DNA of 36,074 bases, taken from NCBI GenBank assembly GCA_049971355.1, contig JBMFLE010000002.1, forward strand, positions 1 to 36,074, given 5' to 3'. The DNA is from Patescibacteria group bacterium. Lineage in GTDB: Bacteria; Patescibacteriota; Patescibacteriia; UBA2591; UBA4787. A program made the translations under genes and the position numbers. This document shows, in pieces, positions 1 through 9,145 of the stretch; position 1 is the first letter of the stretch, and each line of letters opens with the position of its first letter. The notes under the pieces are model-generated. The model ran no database searches, was not told the origin of the DNA, and saw only the letters and a program-made list of their open reading frames with translations.

Positions 1-1
1 G

Positions 2-1081
2 ACCGCTGATGCAAATTTCATAAGGAGTCACGAACCGATATGGATTCTTGTTAGAGGGGTAAAGAATGAGCCGATAGATGACATTACTTTTTTAAATAAG
101 GTTGGAATGGAAAGGGAGGCGAGGATTCTTGAGAAAGAGGATATTGAGTTTTGTGAGGCGGGCGGTTGTTTAGAATTTGCTGATGCTAAAATGGTTTCAA
201 ACAAAGCTAAAAATCGTGGTCAAGATCAGCTGGGAACTTTGGGTAGTGGCAACCATTTCTTAGAAATTCTCAGGGTAGCTGAAATTTTTGATGAGAAAAT
301 TAGTCAAACAATGGGCCTTTTTCTTAATCAAATAGTTGTGATGATTCATACTGGTTCGAGGGGGTTGGGCCATCAAGTAGCTACTGATTATATTCAGCAA
401 ATGATGAAATTAATGAAAAAATATAATTTTAGCGTGCCTGATAGAGAATTAGTTTGTGCGCCATTTAAAAGCGATGAAGGACAAAACTATTTTAGCGCGA
501 TGAGTGCAGCGGCAAATTTTGCTTGGGCTAATCGCCAAATGATCACTTTTTATATCAGAGAGGCTTGGAAAAAAATTTTGGGTAAAGATAAAAAACTAAG
601 AATTTTATATGATGTAGCCCACAATATTGCTAAATTAGAAGAATATGAAATTGAGGGCAAAAAACAAAAAGTTTTAGTTCATCGCAAAGGTTCAACAAGA
701 GCTTTCCCGCCCTTTCACCCGGAAATACCTTTAAAATATCAATCAATTGGTCAGCCAGTTTTGATTCCAGGGAGTATGGGTACGGCTTCTTATGTTTTGG
801 TCGGTACGGAAAAAAGCTTAGAAAGTTTTTATTCAACTTGTCATGGCGCTGGGCGAAGAATGTCACGCATGGCTGCTGTTAAAACTCTTTCACCAAAAGA
901 AATTGTAAAATATTTAGAAAATAAAGGAATTTTAGTAAAATGCGAAAGTTTAAAGGGTTTGGCCGAAGAGGCGCCAGAGGCTTACAAAGACATTAATGAA
1001 GTAGTCAATGTCGTTCATCAAAGCAATCTGTCCTTAAAAGTTGCCAAACTATTGCCTTTAGCGGTAATAAAAGGTGAGTAA
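2..1081 (+). CDS. rtcB: RtcB RNA ligase (3'-phosphate/5'-OH), 5' end cut by window edge
   Basis: The frame of the 107..1081 ORF stays open back to nt 2 (TADANFIRSHEPIWILVRG...), so the gene starts upstream of the window. It carries the RtcB signatures GTLGSGNHFLEI and CHGAGR. Confidence 0.9.
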   Translation, partial: TADANFIRSHEPIWILVRGVKNEPIDDITFLNKVGMEREARILEKEDIEFCEAGGCLEFADAKMVSNKAKNRGQDQLGTLGSGNHFLEILRVAEIFDEKISQTMGLFLNQIVVMIHTGSRGLGHQVATDYIQQMMKLMKKYNFSVPDRELVCAPFKSDEGQNYFSAMSAAANFAWANRQMITFYIREAWKKILGKDKKLRILYDVAHNIAKLEEYEIEGKKQKVLVHRKGSTRAFPPFHPEIPLKYQSIGQPVLIPGSMGTASYVLVGTEKSLESFYSTCHGAGRRMSRMAAVKTLSPKEIVKYLENKGILVKCESLKGLAEEAPEAYKDINEVVNVVHQSNLSLKVAKLLPLAVIKGE

Positions 1082-1532
1082 TTTTATGAAAATTTTAGCT
1101 AAAAATCGAAAAGCGGAATTTAATTATGAAATTTTAGAAAGGATTGAAGCGGGGATTCAGTTATTGGGATGCGAAGTGAAGTCCGTTAAAAACGGAAACA
1201 TTAATTTAGATGGTTCTTTTGCTCAGATTTATGGCAATGAAATCTATTTAATTAATGCGCAAATTCCTGCCTGGCAAGCAAAAAACGCACCGTTTGATTA
1301 CCAGCCTGATCGGAGCCGCAAATTACTCCTTCACAAAGAAGAAATTAACAGATTAATTGGTAAAATGAAAACTGAGCGATTATTGCTTATTCCTCTTATG
1401 GTTTACTTGAAAAAAAATAAAATTAAAGTAGAATTAGGACTTGGTAGAAGCAGACGTAAAATCGATAAAAGAGAGATAATTAAAAAACGCGAAACAGAAA
1501 GAGAAATAGCCCGCAACCTTAAAAATTATTAA
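1074..1532 (+). CDS. smpB: SsrA-binding protein SmpB
   Basis: 152 aa. The N-terminus KNRKAEFNYEILERIEAGIQLLGCEVKSVK is typical SmpB, and the C-terminal tail is basic. It overlaps rtcB by 8 nt and the tmRNA gene follows directly. Confidence 0.93.
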   Translation: MSNFMKILAKNRKAEFNYEILERIEAGIQLLGCEVKSVKNGNINLDGSFAQIYGNEIYLINAQIPAWQAKNAPFDYQPDRSRKLLLHKEEINRLIGKMKTERLLLIPLMVYLKKNKIKVELGLGRSRRKIDKREIIKKRETEREIARNLKNY

Positions 1533-1544
1533 ATTTATTAAAAT

Positions 1545-1890
1545 GGGGATGATTGGCCTCGAGGCGAAAAAGCATTTTCAAGTCAGACCGAGGGTTCGCT
1601 ACCTCGTAAAAAAGCGAGAAAGAAAAACTGCCAATTTTAGCAGAAACTTGGCTTTTGCTTTAGCATAAGCCCATCCGACTGGCTGATGCTCGATAGGCCA
1701 GAAGGGTGTCAAATTATCGAGCTCGGCTTTTTCTAGGTGTCTTTGGCTAGAAAAGCAACCTAACACCAAAGACGGGGGTTAATAATTTTGCCGATTTTAA
1801 ATATTAACCCTTAAGATAAATCGGCTGATTGTCTGGAAAGCTTGAAAATCAACTTTTTCGCCGACGCGGGTTCGATTCCCGCCATCTCCA
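1545..1890 (+). ncRNA. ssrA: tmRNA (SsrA)
   Basis: 5' GGGGATG pairs with 3' CATCTCC (G3:U70 wobble), followed by discriminator A. There is a tRNA-like T-arm GCGGGTTCGATTCCCGC. The internal tag frame 1630..1668 (GCC AAT TTT AGC AGA AAC TTG GCT TTT GCT TTA GCA TAA) encodes ANFSRNLAFALA*. The gene lies immediately after smpB. Confidence 0.92.
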
Positions 1891-1926
1891 CTAAATATTC
1901 GGTCGATTTTTTTATTTAACGCTAAA

Positions 1927-2427
1927 ATAAAAAGATATAATATCAACAATCAAATAAGAGCGAAAGAGGTAAGGGTAATTGATGAGAATGGTCAAAATTT
2001 GGGAGTGATGCCGCTTGAACAAGCATTGAGTTTGGCCCAATCAAAAAATTTAGATTTAGTGGAAATTACAAGCAATACTAATCCAGTGGTGACAAAAATT
2101 TGTGATTACGGCAAATTTTTGTATCAGCAAGAGAAGGAAGAAAGAAAAAAGCGGATGAAAGAAAGAAGTGATGAAATGAAACATGTCCGATTGGGTTTTA
2201 ATATAGGCAAACACGATATGGAGGTGAAGGCAAAACAAATTGAAGAATTTTTAGAAGATGGTTTGAAAATTCAAATTGAACTTATACTTAGAGGTCGAGA
2301 AAAAAGCCATAAGGATTTAGCTGAGAAAAAATTAAAAGAATTTTTAACTTTCATTAATCATCCTTATAAAATCATCCAAGATATAAAAAGCGCTCCTCGT
2401 GGTTTAATTATAACAATTTCTTCCTAA
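1927..2427 (+). CDS. infC: Translation initiation factor IF-3; non-canonical start, exact start uncertain
   Basis: The track ORF starts at TTG 1999, but the same frame is open upstream and encodes the conserved IF-3 N-terminal motif NNQIRAKEVRVIDENGQNLGV. There is no ATG/GTG/TTG upstream; candidate starts are ATA 1927, ATT 1897/1906 and ATC 1942. rpmI and rplT follow. Confidence 0.85.
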   Translation: MKRYNINNQIRAKEVRVIDENGQNLGVMPLEQALSLAQSKNLDLVEITSNTNPVVTKICDYGKFLYQQEKEERKKRMKERSDEMKHVRLGFNIGKHDMEVKAKQIEEFLEDGLKIQIELILRGREKSHKDLAEKKLKEFLTFINHPYKIIQDIKSAPRGLIITISS

Positions 2428-2431
2428 AAAT

Positions 2432-2635
2432 ATGTTAAAAACAAAAAAAGCCTTACACAAAAGAATAAAAATTACTAAAAGCAAAAAATTGCTTCATCGT
2501 CCCATAAAGCAAAATCATTTTAAGTCCAAACTAACAGGTCGTGATAATCAAAAAAAGAGACATTATAAATCTTTTTATAATGCCGATGAAAAGGCAATAA
2601 AAAAATTTTTGCCTTATCATTCTACTAATAAATAA
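2432..2635 (+). CDS. rpmI: Ribosomal protein L35
   Basis: 67 aa and very basic. MLKTKKALHKRIKITKSKKLLHR matches the L35 N-terminus, and the gene sits in the canonical infC-rpmI-rplT order. Confidence 0.9.
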   Translation: MLKTKKALHKRIKITKSKKLLHRPIKQNHFKSKLTGRDNQKKRHYKSFYNADEKAIKKFLPYHSTNK

Positions 2636-2647
2636 TAATTTTTCTAA

Positions 2648-2696
2648 AGTTTCTATTTAATTTTTAAATATTAAAATTAAATAGAAACTATTTTTT
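2648..2696 (+). terminator. Perfect 17-bp A/T-rich hairpin plus T-run between rpmI and rplT (attenuator or terminator candidate)
   Basis: AGTTTCTATTTAATTTT (2648-2664) and AAAATTAAATAGAAACT (2673-2689) are exact reverse complements with an 8-nt loop, followed by ATTTTTTC. Confidence 0.4.
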
Positions 2697-2706
2697 CAAT
2701 AAAAAT

Positions 2707-3051
2707 ATGGTTAGAGTAAAAAGAGGAAAAATTGCCCATAAGAAAAGAGAGAAAATCTTGCGTTATACCAAAGGTTTTAAATGGGGACGCAAATCAAAGG
2801 AACGTTTAGCCAAAGAAGCCCTTCTTCATGCTTGGACGCATGCTTTTGAAGGAAGAAAATTAAAAAAACGCGATTTTCGTCGTCTTTGGCAGACAAAAAT
2901 TAAAGCCGCGGTTAACCAACAAGGGTTAAAATATAATGAATTTATTCATTTGCTCAAAAAGAACAATATCAAAATTGATAGAAAAATTTTAGCTCAATTA
3001 GCGGAATTCAAACCAGAAATTTTTAATCAAATTGTTTCTGAGGTCAAATAA
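2707..3051 (+). CDS. rplT: Ribosomal protein L20
   Basis: 114 aa. MVRVKRGKIAHKKREKILRYTKGFKWGR is the classic L20 N-terminus. Confidence 0.93.
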   Translation: MVRVKRGKIAHKKREKILRYTKGFKWGRKSKERLAKEALLHAWTHAFEGRKLKKRDFRRLWQTKIKAAVNQQGLKYNEFIHLLKKNNIKIDRKILAQLAEFKPEIFNQIVSEVK

Positions 3052-3063
3052 TAAAAAAACATC

Positions 3064-3456
3064 ATGATTATTTTTAAAAGAAAAAAATACGATAAAAAAA
3101 CTCTCAAAGAGTTAAAAGAGTTACTAGAAAAGGAAAAAGAAGAGTTTCAGAAGAAAGTTGAAGAATTAAATTTAAAAGAGAAAGACATGGCAATTAAAAT
3201 GCCAGATTTTATGGCATCAGAAGATGCCTCGATTGAAGCTGACGAAGTTGAGGAATTAAATAATCTGCTTTCATTAAAAATGGAATGGGAAAATGAAATT
3301 GACAGGATTAATCAAGCCTTGGAAAGAATGGAAAAGGGCACGTATGGTATTTGTGTTGAATGCGGCAATTTAATCGAACTTGAACGCCTAAAGATAGAAC
3401 CAACAGCGCAAATTTGTATAGCCTGTGTTAAAAAGAAAAATCGTCAATTATCGTAA
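3064..3456 (+). CDS. DksA/TraR-family C4 zinc-finger protein
   Basis: The N-terminal half is coiled-coil. The C-terminus has GTYGICVECGNLIELERLKIEPTAQICIACV, a CxxC-x17-CxxC arrangement typical of DksA/TraR. Confidence 0.75.
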   Translation: MIIFKRKKYDKKTLKELKELLEKEKEEFQKKVEELNLKEKDMAIKMPDFMASEDASIEADEVEELNNLLSLKMEWENEIDRINQALERMEKGTYGICVECGNLIELERLKIEPTAQICIACVKKKNRQLS

Positions 3457-3476
3457 TTTTTGCCAATTCGTTTACC

Positions 3477-5009
3477 ATGACCGCCAAAGTTTATTCTTCG
3501 GCTGTTATTGGAATAAAAGCCCAAGTCATTGAAGTAGAGGTTGATTTATCATCCGGCCTTCATGCTTTTAATATTGTTGGCTTGGCTGATAAGGCGGTGA
3601 ATGAAGCAAAGGATAGGGTTTCCTCAGCTATAAAAAATAGTGGGGCAGTCGCTCCTCAGCGTTTAAACAAAAGAATCACCGTTAATTTAGCCCCGGCTGA
3701 TTTAAAAAAGGAGGGATCAGCTTATGATTTAGCGATTGCGGTTGGCTATCTTTTAGCTTCAAAACAAATCAAAAATTTTGAGGCTAGTAAAAAATTATTT
3801 TTAGGCGAATTAGCTTTGGATGGCAGTTTAAGACCAGTACCCGGTATTTTACCAATTGCGCTTCTGGCCCAAGAAAAATTTGAAGAAATTATTATTCCTA
3901 TAAAAAATGTTAATGAAGCTTCTTTAATCAAGGGCATAAAAATTGTCGGATGTAATAATTTACAAGAAGTAATTGAATATTTGGAGGGCAAAAGAGAAAT
4001 GGGTTTTTTAAGCACTGGAGAGATTGATTTAAATAAATTTAATGAATATCCGATTGATTTTTCCGATATTAAAGGTCAGTACCAGGCCAAAAGAGCTTTG
4101 GAAATTGCGGCGGCTGGAGGTCATAATGTTTTAATGGTTGGTTCGCCAGGCTCAGGGAAAAGCATGCTAGCAAAAGCTTTGCCTTCGATTCTGCCAACGT
4201 TATCATTGGAGGAGGCATTAGAAGTGAGTCAAATTTATAGTATTTGCGGTTTACTCTCTAATGAAAATCCAATTATTATTAACCGACCATTTCGTTCGCC
4301 GCATCATACTGCTTCAAAAATTGCTTTAGTGGGAGGAGGATCGTGGCCTAAGCCTGGAGAAATTAGCTTGGCTCATCGCGGAGTGTTGTTTATGGATGAA
4401 ATTCCTGAATTTGCGCGTGATGTTTTGGAAAGTTTAAGACAACCATTGGAAGATGGAGAAATTACAGTAAGTCGCGTTCAAGGGAGTTTAACTTTTCCAG
4501 CCCGTTTTATTTTAGTGGCGGCTATGAATCCTTGTCCGTGCGGTTATTATGGCGATCCTGAAAAAGAATGTCGTTGTTCACCTTCAGAGATTTTAAGATA
4601 TCAGAAAAAAATTTCAGGTCCTCTACTTGATCGTATTGATTTACAAATTGAAGTGCCGCGGATTAAATATGAGGAATTAAAACAAGAAAATAGTGGTGAA
4701 TCTTCAAGTGTAATTAGAAAAAGAATTGAAAAAGCGCGAGAGATACAAAAAAACAGATTTTCTCGATTAAAGAAAAATATCTTTACTAATGCCGAAATGA
4801 CATCGAGAGAGGTTGAAGAAATTTGTCAATTAGATGATTCAGCTGAAAAGTTATTAAAGAAGTCAATCGAAAATTGGTATTTATCAGCGAGAAGTTATTA
4901 TCGTATTTTGAAAGTAGCCCGAACAATTGCTGATTTAGAAGAGTCTGAAATTATTAAAAGCGAACACATTGCTGAGGCATTGCGGTATCGTATCAAAAAT
5001 GAAAATTAA
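3477..5009 (+). CDS. comM: YifB/ComM-family Mg-chelatase-like AAA+ ATPase
   Basis: 510 aa. It has a Lon-like N-terminal domain, Walker A GSPGSGKS, Walker B VLFMDE, the CPCGYYG zinc motif and the C-terminal SARSYYRILKVARTIADLE helix typical of the family. Confidence 0.9.
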   Translation: MTAKVYSSAVIGIKAQVIEVEVDLSSGLHAFNIVGLADKAVNEAKDRVSSAIKNSGAVAPQRLNKRITVNLAPADLKKEGSAYDLAIAVGYLLASKQIKNFEASKKLFLGELALDGSLRPVPGILPIALLAQEKFEEIIIPIKNVNEASLIKGIKIVGCNNLQEVIEYLEGKREMGFLSTGEIDLNKFNEYPIDFSDIKGQYQAKRALEIAAAGGHNVLMVGSPGSGKSMLAKALPSILPTLSLEEALEVSQIYSICGLLSNENPIIINRPFRSPHHTASKIALVGGGSWPKPGEISLAHRGVLFMDEIPEFARDVLESLRQPLEDGEITVSRVQGSLTFPARFILVAAMNPCPCGYYGDPEKECRCSPSEILRYQKKISGPLLDRIDLQIEVPRIKYEELKQENSGESSSVIRKRIEKAREIQKNRFSRLKKNIFTNAEMTSREVEEICQLDDSAEKLLKKSIENWYLSARSYYRILKVARTIADLEESEIIKSEHIAEALRYRIKNEN

Positions 5010-5036
5010 AAAATCGAGCTGAAGCTCGATTTTTTA
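5008..5036. terminator. Bidirectional rho-independent terminator between convergent comM and the M23 peptidase gene
   Basis: AAAAAATCGAGC-TGAA-GCTCGATTTTTT, with A-run and T-run flanks. Confidence 0.7.
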
Positions 5037-5056
5037 ATTTATAAAGTGGGAAATTT

Positions 5057-6166
5057 TTATTTGGCAAAAGGATTTTTGGCGCCTCTGACTTCGAAATGAA
5101 GATGACAGCCTGGGGAGCCAATAACATAACCAGTATTGCCCATTAAACCAATTAACTGACCTTGCATAACATAATCGCCTTCTTTAACTTGAACATAATT
5201 AAGGTGGGCATACAGCGTTTCAGTATTGTTGGGATGTTGAATTTTTATATAATTGCCATAACTGCTATCATAGGCTACTTTTTCAACCAATCCTTCGGCG
5301 GCGGCTACAACTGGTGTATCGCAGCGGTTGGCGATGTCAACAGCGTTGACATTATGAAGAATGCCCCAATTAAATCCACTGGTAGGAATGACATAATAAT
5401 AAGGGTATTCGGGAAGAGAAGAAGCAGCAGCGAAAACTTTATAAGTTCTTGGCATTCGACCATCGGGTATAATAATTTTTTGTCCTGGAATTAAAGAAGA
5501 ATTGGTCAAGTTATTATAAGCAACGATTTTATCGGTTGAAACCGAATAAAGTTGGGCAATTTGTTCTATTGTTTCACCAGGTTTGATTTCATGTAAAACA
5601 CCAGATACAGGAAGAATAATTAGTTCTTCGCCTGGAACAATTCTATCGCTTTTTAAATTATTAGCCCACTTTATAGTTTCTAAACTTATTCCAAATTCAG
5701 AGGAAAGGCTGAGTAGGGTATCGCCCTTTTGAACTCTATAGATTAAAATTCCATTTTTATCTGTTCTGATGCTTGTGAGAATTGGGCTGGGATTTTGTAA
5801 GCTACTATGGTCAATAAGATAAGAAATTTCAGAATCCGGCTGGTTAGGAGAAGTGTCAAGACCTTCATTTCTATTAATGTTTTGATTAACAGCAAGACTA
5901 AAAACAGCAGGGTTAGTGTTGCTAGTTAAAGCCAGATTTTTCATAATCAAATTCGGACCACCCAAAACGCCGCGGTCCGATTCTTTATAGGATAAAAGTT
6001 TGTTCTCATTAGTATAATTAATAATAATTAGAATAGCCCCCAAAATAAGCAAAAAGACAACCGTGGGAAGAGGTTGTCTAAAGTAAAACAAGCGCTCTTT
6101 TAAAGAAAAGAGACTTTTTGAATTGAAAATAAAAACTTTCAGTTCAGTCGCAATCTTTCGGTACAA
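5057..6166 (-). CDS. Membrane-anchored LysM-repeat / M23-family peptidoglycan endopeptidase
   Basis: One N-terminal TM helix (VVFLLILGAILIII). Two LysM-like repeats (YRVQKGDTLLSLSSEFGISLETIKWANNL; HEIKPGETIEQIAQLYSVSTDKIVAYNNL). C-terminal M23 motifs (GNTG...HLHFEV). The start is TTG in the track and is uncertain. Confidence 0.85.
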   Translation of the reverse strand: MYRKIATELKVFIFNSKSLFSLKERLFYFRQPLPTVVFLLILGAILIIINYTNENKLLSYKESDRGVLGGPNLIMKNLALTSNTNPAVFSLAVNQNINRNEGLDTSPNQPDSEISYLIDHSSLQNPSPILTSIRTDKNGILIYRVQKGDTLLSLSSEFGISLETIKWANNLKSDRIVPGEELIILPVSGVLHEIKPGETIEQIAQLYSVSTDKIVAYNNLTNSSLIPGQKIIIPDGRMPRTYKVFAAASSLPEYPYYYVIPTSGFNWGILHNVNAVDIANRCDTPVVAAAEGLVEKVAYDSSYGNYIKIQHPNNTETLYAHLNYVQVKEGDYVMQGQLIGLMGNTGYVIGSPGCHLHFEVRGAKNPFAK

Positions 6167-6371
6167 TCGCTTAAAATTGGCAAAAAGTGTACAAATAAGC
6201 TTATTTTATTTTCTCCTTAAAAGACCAGTGTCTTTTAAAGGATTACTCTTTATTATAGCCGTTGATAAAAAGAAGTCAAGTTTTCAATAAATAACAAAAA
6301 ACTGGCTATTTGGCGATTATTTTCATCAATTTTGCTGGAAAAAACAAAGAAAAAATGCTAAACTTACTTCT

Positions 6372-8342
6372 ATGATTGATAAATTGAAAATTTTAGAGGG
6401 GCTAAACGAGGATCAAAAAGAGGCGGTGCTTTTTACAGAAGGGCCGCTTTTAATTGTTGCCGGCGCTGGTTCAGGGAAGACAAAAACCTTAACTCATCGA
6501 GTGGCTTATCTTTTGGCCACTGGCATTAAACCCGAGAATATCTTGGCCATTACTTTTACTAATAAGGCGGCTGAAGAAATGCGCGAGCGAATCAAAAAAA
6601 TTTTAGGACACAACAATTTTTCCCAAAAACTTTTTATTGGCACTTTTCATAAATTAGGCCTAAATATTTTGAAAGATTTATTAAAAATTGTTCAGCGCAA
6701 TAAAAATTTTGTAATTTTTGATGAAGATGATTCATTGAAACTCGTTAAGGATTGCTTAACCGAGCTAAATTTACCCAAAGATCAATTTTTGCCCAGTATT
6801 GTTCGAAATGAAATTTCACGAGCAAAGAACGAGTTGATTAATGTGGAGGATTATGAAAAAAATGCTGAGAACTTTTTTCAAGAAAAAGTCGCCAAAATTT
6901 ATCGTTTATACGAAGATAAATTGATACAAAACAATGCTTTCGACTTTGATGATTTAATTAAATTGCCAGTGGAAATTTTTCAAAAACAAACAGAAATTTT
7001 AGAAAAATATCAGAATCGCTGGAAATATATTTTAGTGGATGAATATCAAGACACAAATACATCCCAATATCAGTTAATTAAACTTTTATCATCAAAACAT
7101 CGCAATTTATGTGTGGTGGGCGATGAAGATCAGTCAATTTATACTTGGCGGCAGGCTGATTTTCGCAATTTTTTGAATTTTGAAAAGGATTGGCCCGATG
7201 CCAAAGTGGTGGTATTAAGAACTAGTTATCGCTTAACAAAAAATATTTTAAAGGCAGCCCAAGAAATAATCAAAAACAATAAATTAAGAAGAGAAAAACA
7301 ATTGGTTTCGGTTAATGAAGAAGGAAAACCAATTTTTGTGGTGAGGGCGCTGGATGAAATTGAAGAAGCTGAATTTGTCGCTTCGATGATTTTGAATTTA
7401 ATCAATGAGCATCACTATCAGTATAAAAATTTTGCCGTGCTTTATCGAATTAATGCTCAATCGCGAGTTTTAGAAGAGGTATTTTTAAAAGCAGGCATAC
7501 CTTATCAAATTTTTGCCGGCATTAAATTTTATCAAAGAAAAGAAATCAAAGACATTCTGGCTTATTTAAGAATTTTGGTTAATCCTAAAGATCTGGTGAG
7601 TTTGGAGCGAATTATTAATGTACCGCCGCGACAAATTGGGAATAAGAAAACATCTTTGATTTTTAAAGAGGAAAATTATGAAAAAGCTTGGGAAAATATA
7701 AGAAAATTGGCTGAAGCGAAGGAATTTTTGGAAATTTTGGAGGAGTTAAAGAAAATGATGGATAAAATACCAGTAGCTCAATTGATTCGAGAACTCATAA
7801 ATAAAATTAATTATGAGCAATATTTAAAAGAAACCGCCAAAGACCCAGTTGAAAAATGGCAGAATGTTTTGGAATTGATAAGGTTGGCGGAGGATTTTGA
7901 TGCTTATGACAAAGGTACTTTGGCGGAATTTTTAGAAAAAATTACTTTATTTGAAGAAGGGGATGAGAAAAAAGATGATAAAAATTTTGTTTCTTTAATG
8001 ACTCTGCATAGTGCTAAAGGATTAGAATTTGATATTGTATTTATTGTGGGCGCCGAAGAAGGCATTTTGCCGCATATTCAATCTCAATATTCAGATGAAG
8101 AATTAGAAGAAGAAAGAAGATTAATGTATGTGGGGATGACGCGGGCTAAAGAAGAGGTTTATTTAATTTGGTCATCGCGGCGCAGAATGTTTGGGCAATT
8201 AAAAATTAATGAAAACTCGCGCTTTATTGAAGAAATTTCGCCAGAGTTAAAAGAAGAAATAGAACTTGAGCCATACAAAGATATGGTTGACCCTGATTAT
8301 CCGGAGATCGAATTAATTGATGATGAAGAATATGAAATATAA
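6372..8342 (+). CDS. pcrA: UvrD/PcrA-type superfamily 1 DNA helicase
   Basis: 656 aa. Motif I AGAGSGKT, motif II VDEYQDTN, later motifs TLHSAKGLEFD and YVGMTRAK. Confidence 0.9.
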   Translation: MIDKLKILEGLNEDQKEAVLFTEGPLLIVAGAGSGKTKTLTHRVAYLLATGIKPENILAITFTNKAAEEMRERIKKILGHNNFSQKLFIGTFHKLGLNILKDLLKIVQRNKNFVIFDEDDSLKLVKDCLTELNLPKDQFLPSIVRNEISRAKNELINVEDYEKNAENFFQEKVAKIYRLYEDKLIQNNAFDFDDLIKLPVEIFQKQTEILEKYQNRWKYILVDEYQDTNTSQYQLIKLLSSKHRNLCVVGDEDQSIYTWRQADFRNFLNFEKDWPDAKVVVLRTSYRLTKNILKAAQEIIKNNKLRREKQLVSVNEEGKPIFVVRALDEIEEAEFVASMILNLINEHHYQYKNFAVLYRINAQSRVLEEVFLKAGIPYQIFAGIKFYQRKEIKDILAYLRILVNPKDLVSLERIINVPPRQIGNKKTSLIFKEENYEKAWENIRKLAEAKEFLEILEELKKMMDKIPVAQLIRELINKINYEQYLKETAKDPVEKWQNVLELIRLAEDFDAYDKGTLAEFLEKITLFEEGDEKKDDKNFVSLMTLHSAKGLEFDIVFIVGAEEGILPHIQSQYSDEELEEERRLMYVGMTRAKEEVYLIWSSRRRMFGQLKINENSRFIEEISPELKEEIELEPYKDMVDPDYPEIELIDDEEYEI

Positions 8343-9114
8343 AAAACGATTAGGACAAAATTTTTTAATTAATACATCAGCTTTAAAAAAAATTGTTGAG
8401 GCTTTGGAAATTGAACCAAATGATGTAATTGTTGAAATTGGAGCTGGTAGTGGAAATCTAACGCGGGAACTTTTGAAAAAAACTCCTTATGTGATAGCGG
8501 TAGAAAAAGACAGCGGATGGGTTGAGATTCTAAAGAAGCGTTTGAGTGTTTCAAATGAAGAATGGCCAAAGATTATTGAAGGAGATATTCGTGATCTTTT
8601 GGAAAAAATCTCAAATAATTACAAAAAATATAAAGTTGTTGGTAATATCCCATATTATTTAACAGGCCAACTTTTACGTCTTTTTCAAAAATTAAAAAAT
8701 CCGCCAGTAGTAATTGTATTAATGCTTCAGAAAGAAGTGGCTCAAAAAATTTTAGCCAGAGAACACAAGACTAATTTATTATCAAACATTGTTAATTTAT
8801 GGGCGACCCCAAAATTGTTATTTAATTTGAAACCAAAAGATTTTTATCCTTCACCAAAAGTGGAATCATCCGTGGTTAAATTTAAGACTTTATCTTTAAA
8901 TCAAAGATTAAAAAACGAAGAATTTATCATTGATTTGCTAAAAACCGCTTTTAAACAGCCCAGAAAGACGCTGTTTAATAATTTGTCAAGAAAATTTGCT
9001 AAAGAAAAAATTAGAAATGCTTTGAGAGAATTAAATTTGTCTGAAAAAATAAGAGCTTCTGAATTGTCGCTTCAATTGTGGATAACTTTGGCCAAAAAAC
9101 TTAATCAAGGTTAA
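8317..9114 (+). CDS. rsmA: 16S rRNA (adenine1518/1519-N6) dimethyltransferase RsmA/KsgA
   Basis: KKRLGQNFLIN and the SAM-binding VEIGAGSGNLT motif. The start is ambiguous (ATG at 8317/8320/8323/8332) and overlaps the pcrA 3' end. Confidence 0.88.
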   Translation: MMMKNMKYKKRLGQNFLINTSALKKIVEALEIEPNDVIVEIGAGSGNLTRELLKKTPYVIAVEKDSGWVEILKKRLSVSNEEWPKIIEGDIRDLLEKISNNYKKYKVVGNIPYYLTGQLLRLFQKLKNPPVVIVLMLQKEVAQKILAREHKTNLLSNIVNLWATPKLLFNLKPKDFYPSPKVESSVVKFKTLSLNQRLKNEEFIIDLLKTAFKQPRKTLFNNLSRKFAKEKIRNALRELNLSEKIRASELSLQLWITLAKKLNQG

Positions 9115-9129
9115 TTTTTGTAGTATAAT
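9101..9129 (+). promoter_or_regulatory. Candidate sigma70-type promoter for the T4SS-like operon
   Basis: TTAATC (9101-9106), 17-nt spacer, TATAAT (9124-9129), 16 nt upstream of ATG 9146. It lies inside the 3' end of rsmA. Confidence 0.4.
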
Positions 9130-9145
9130 ATTAAAAAGAATTCCT

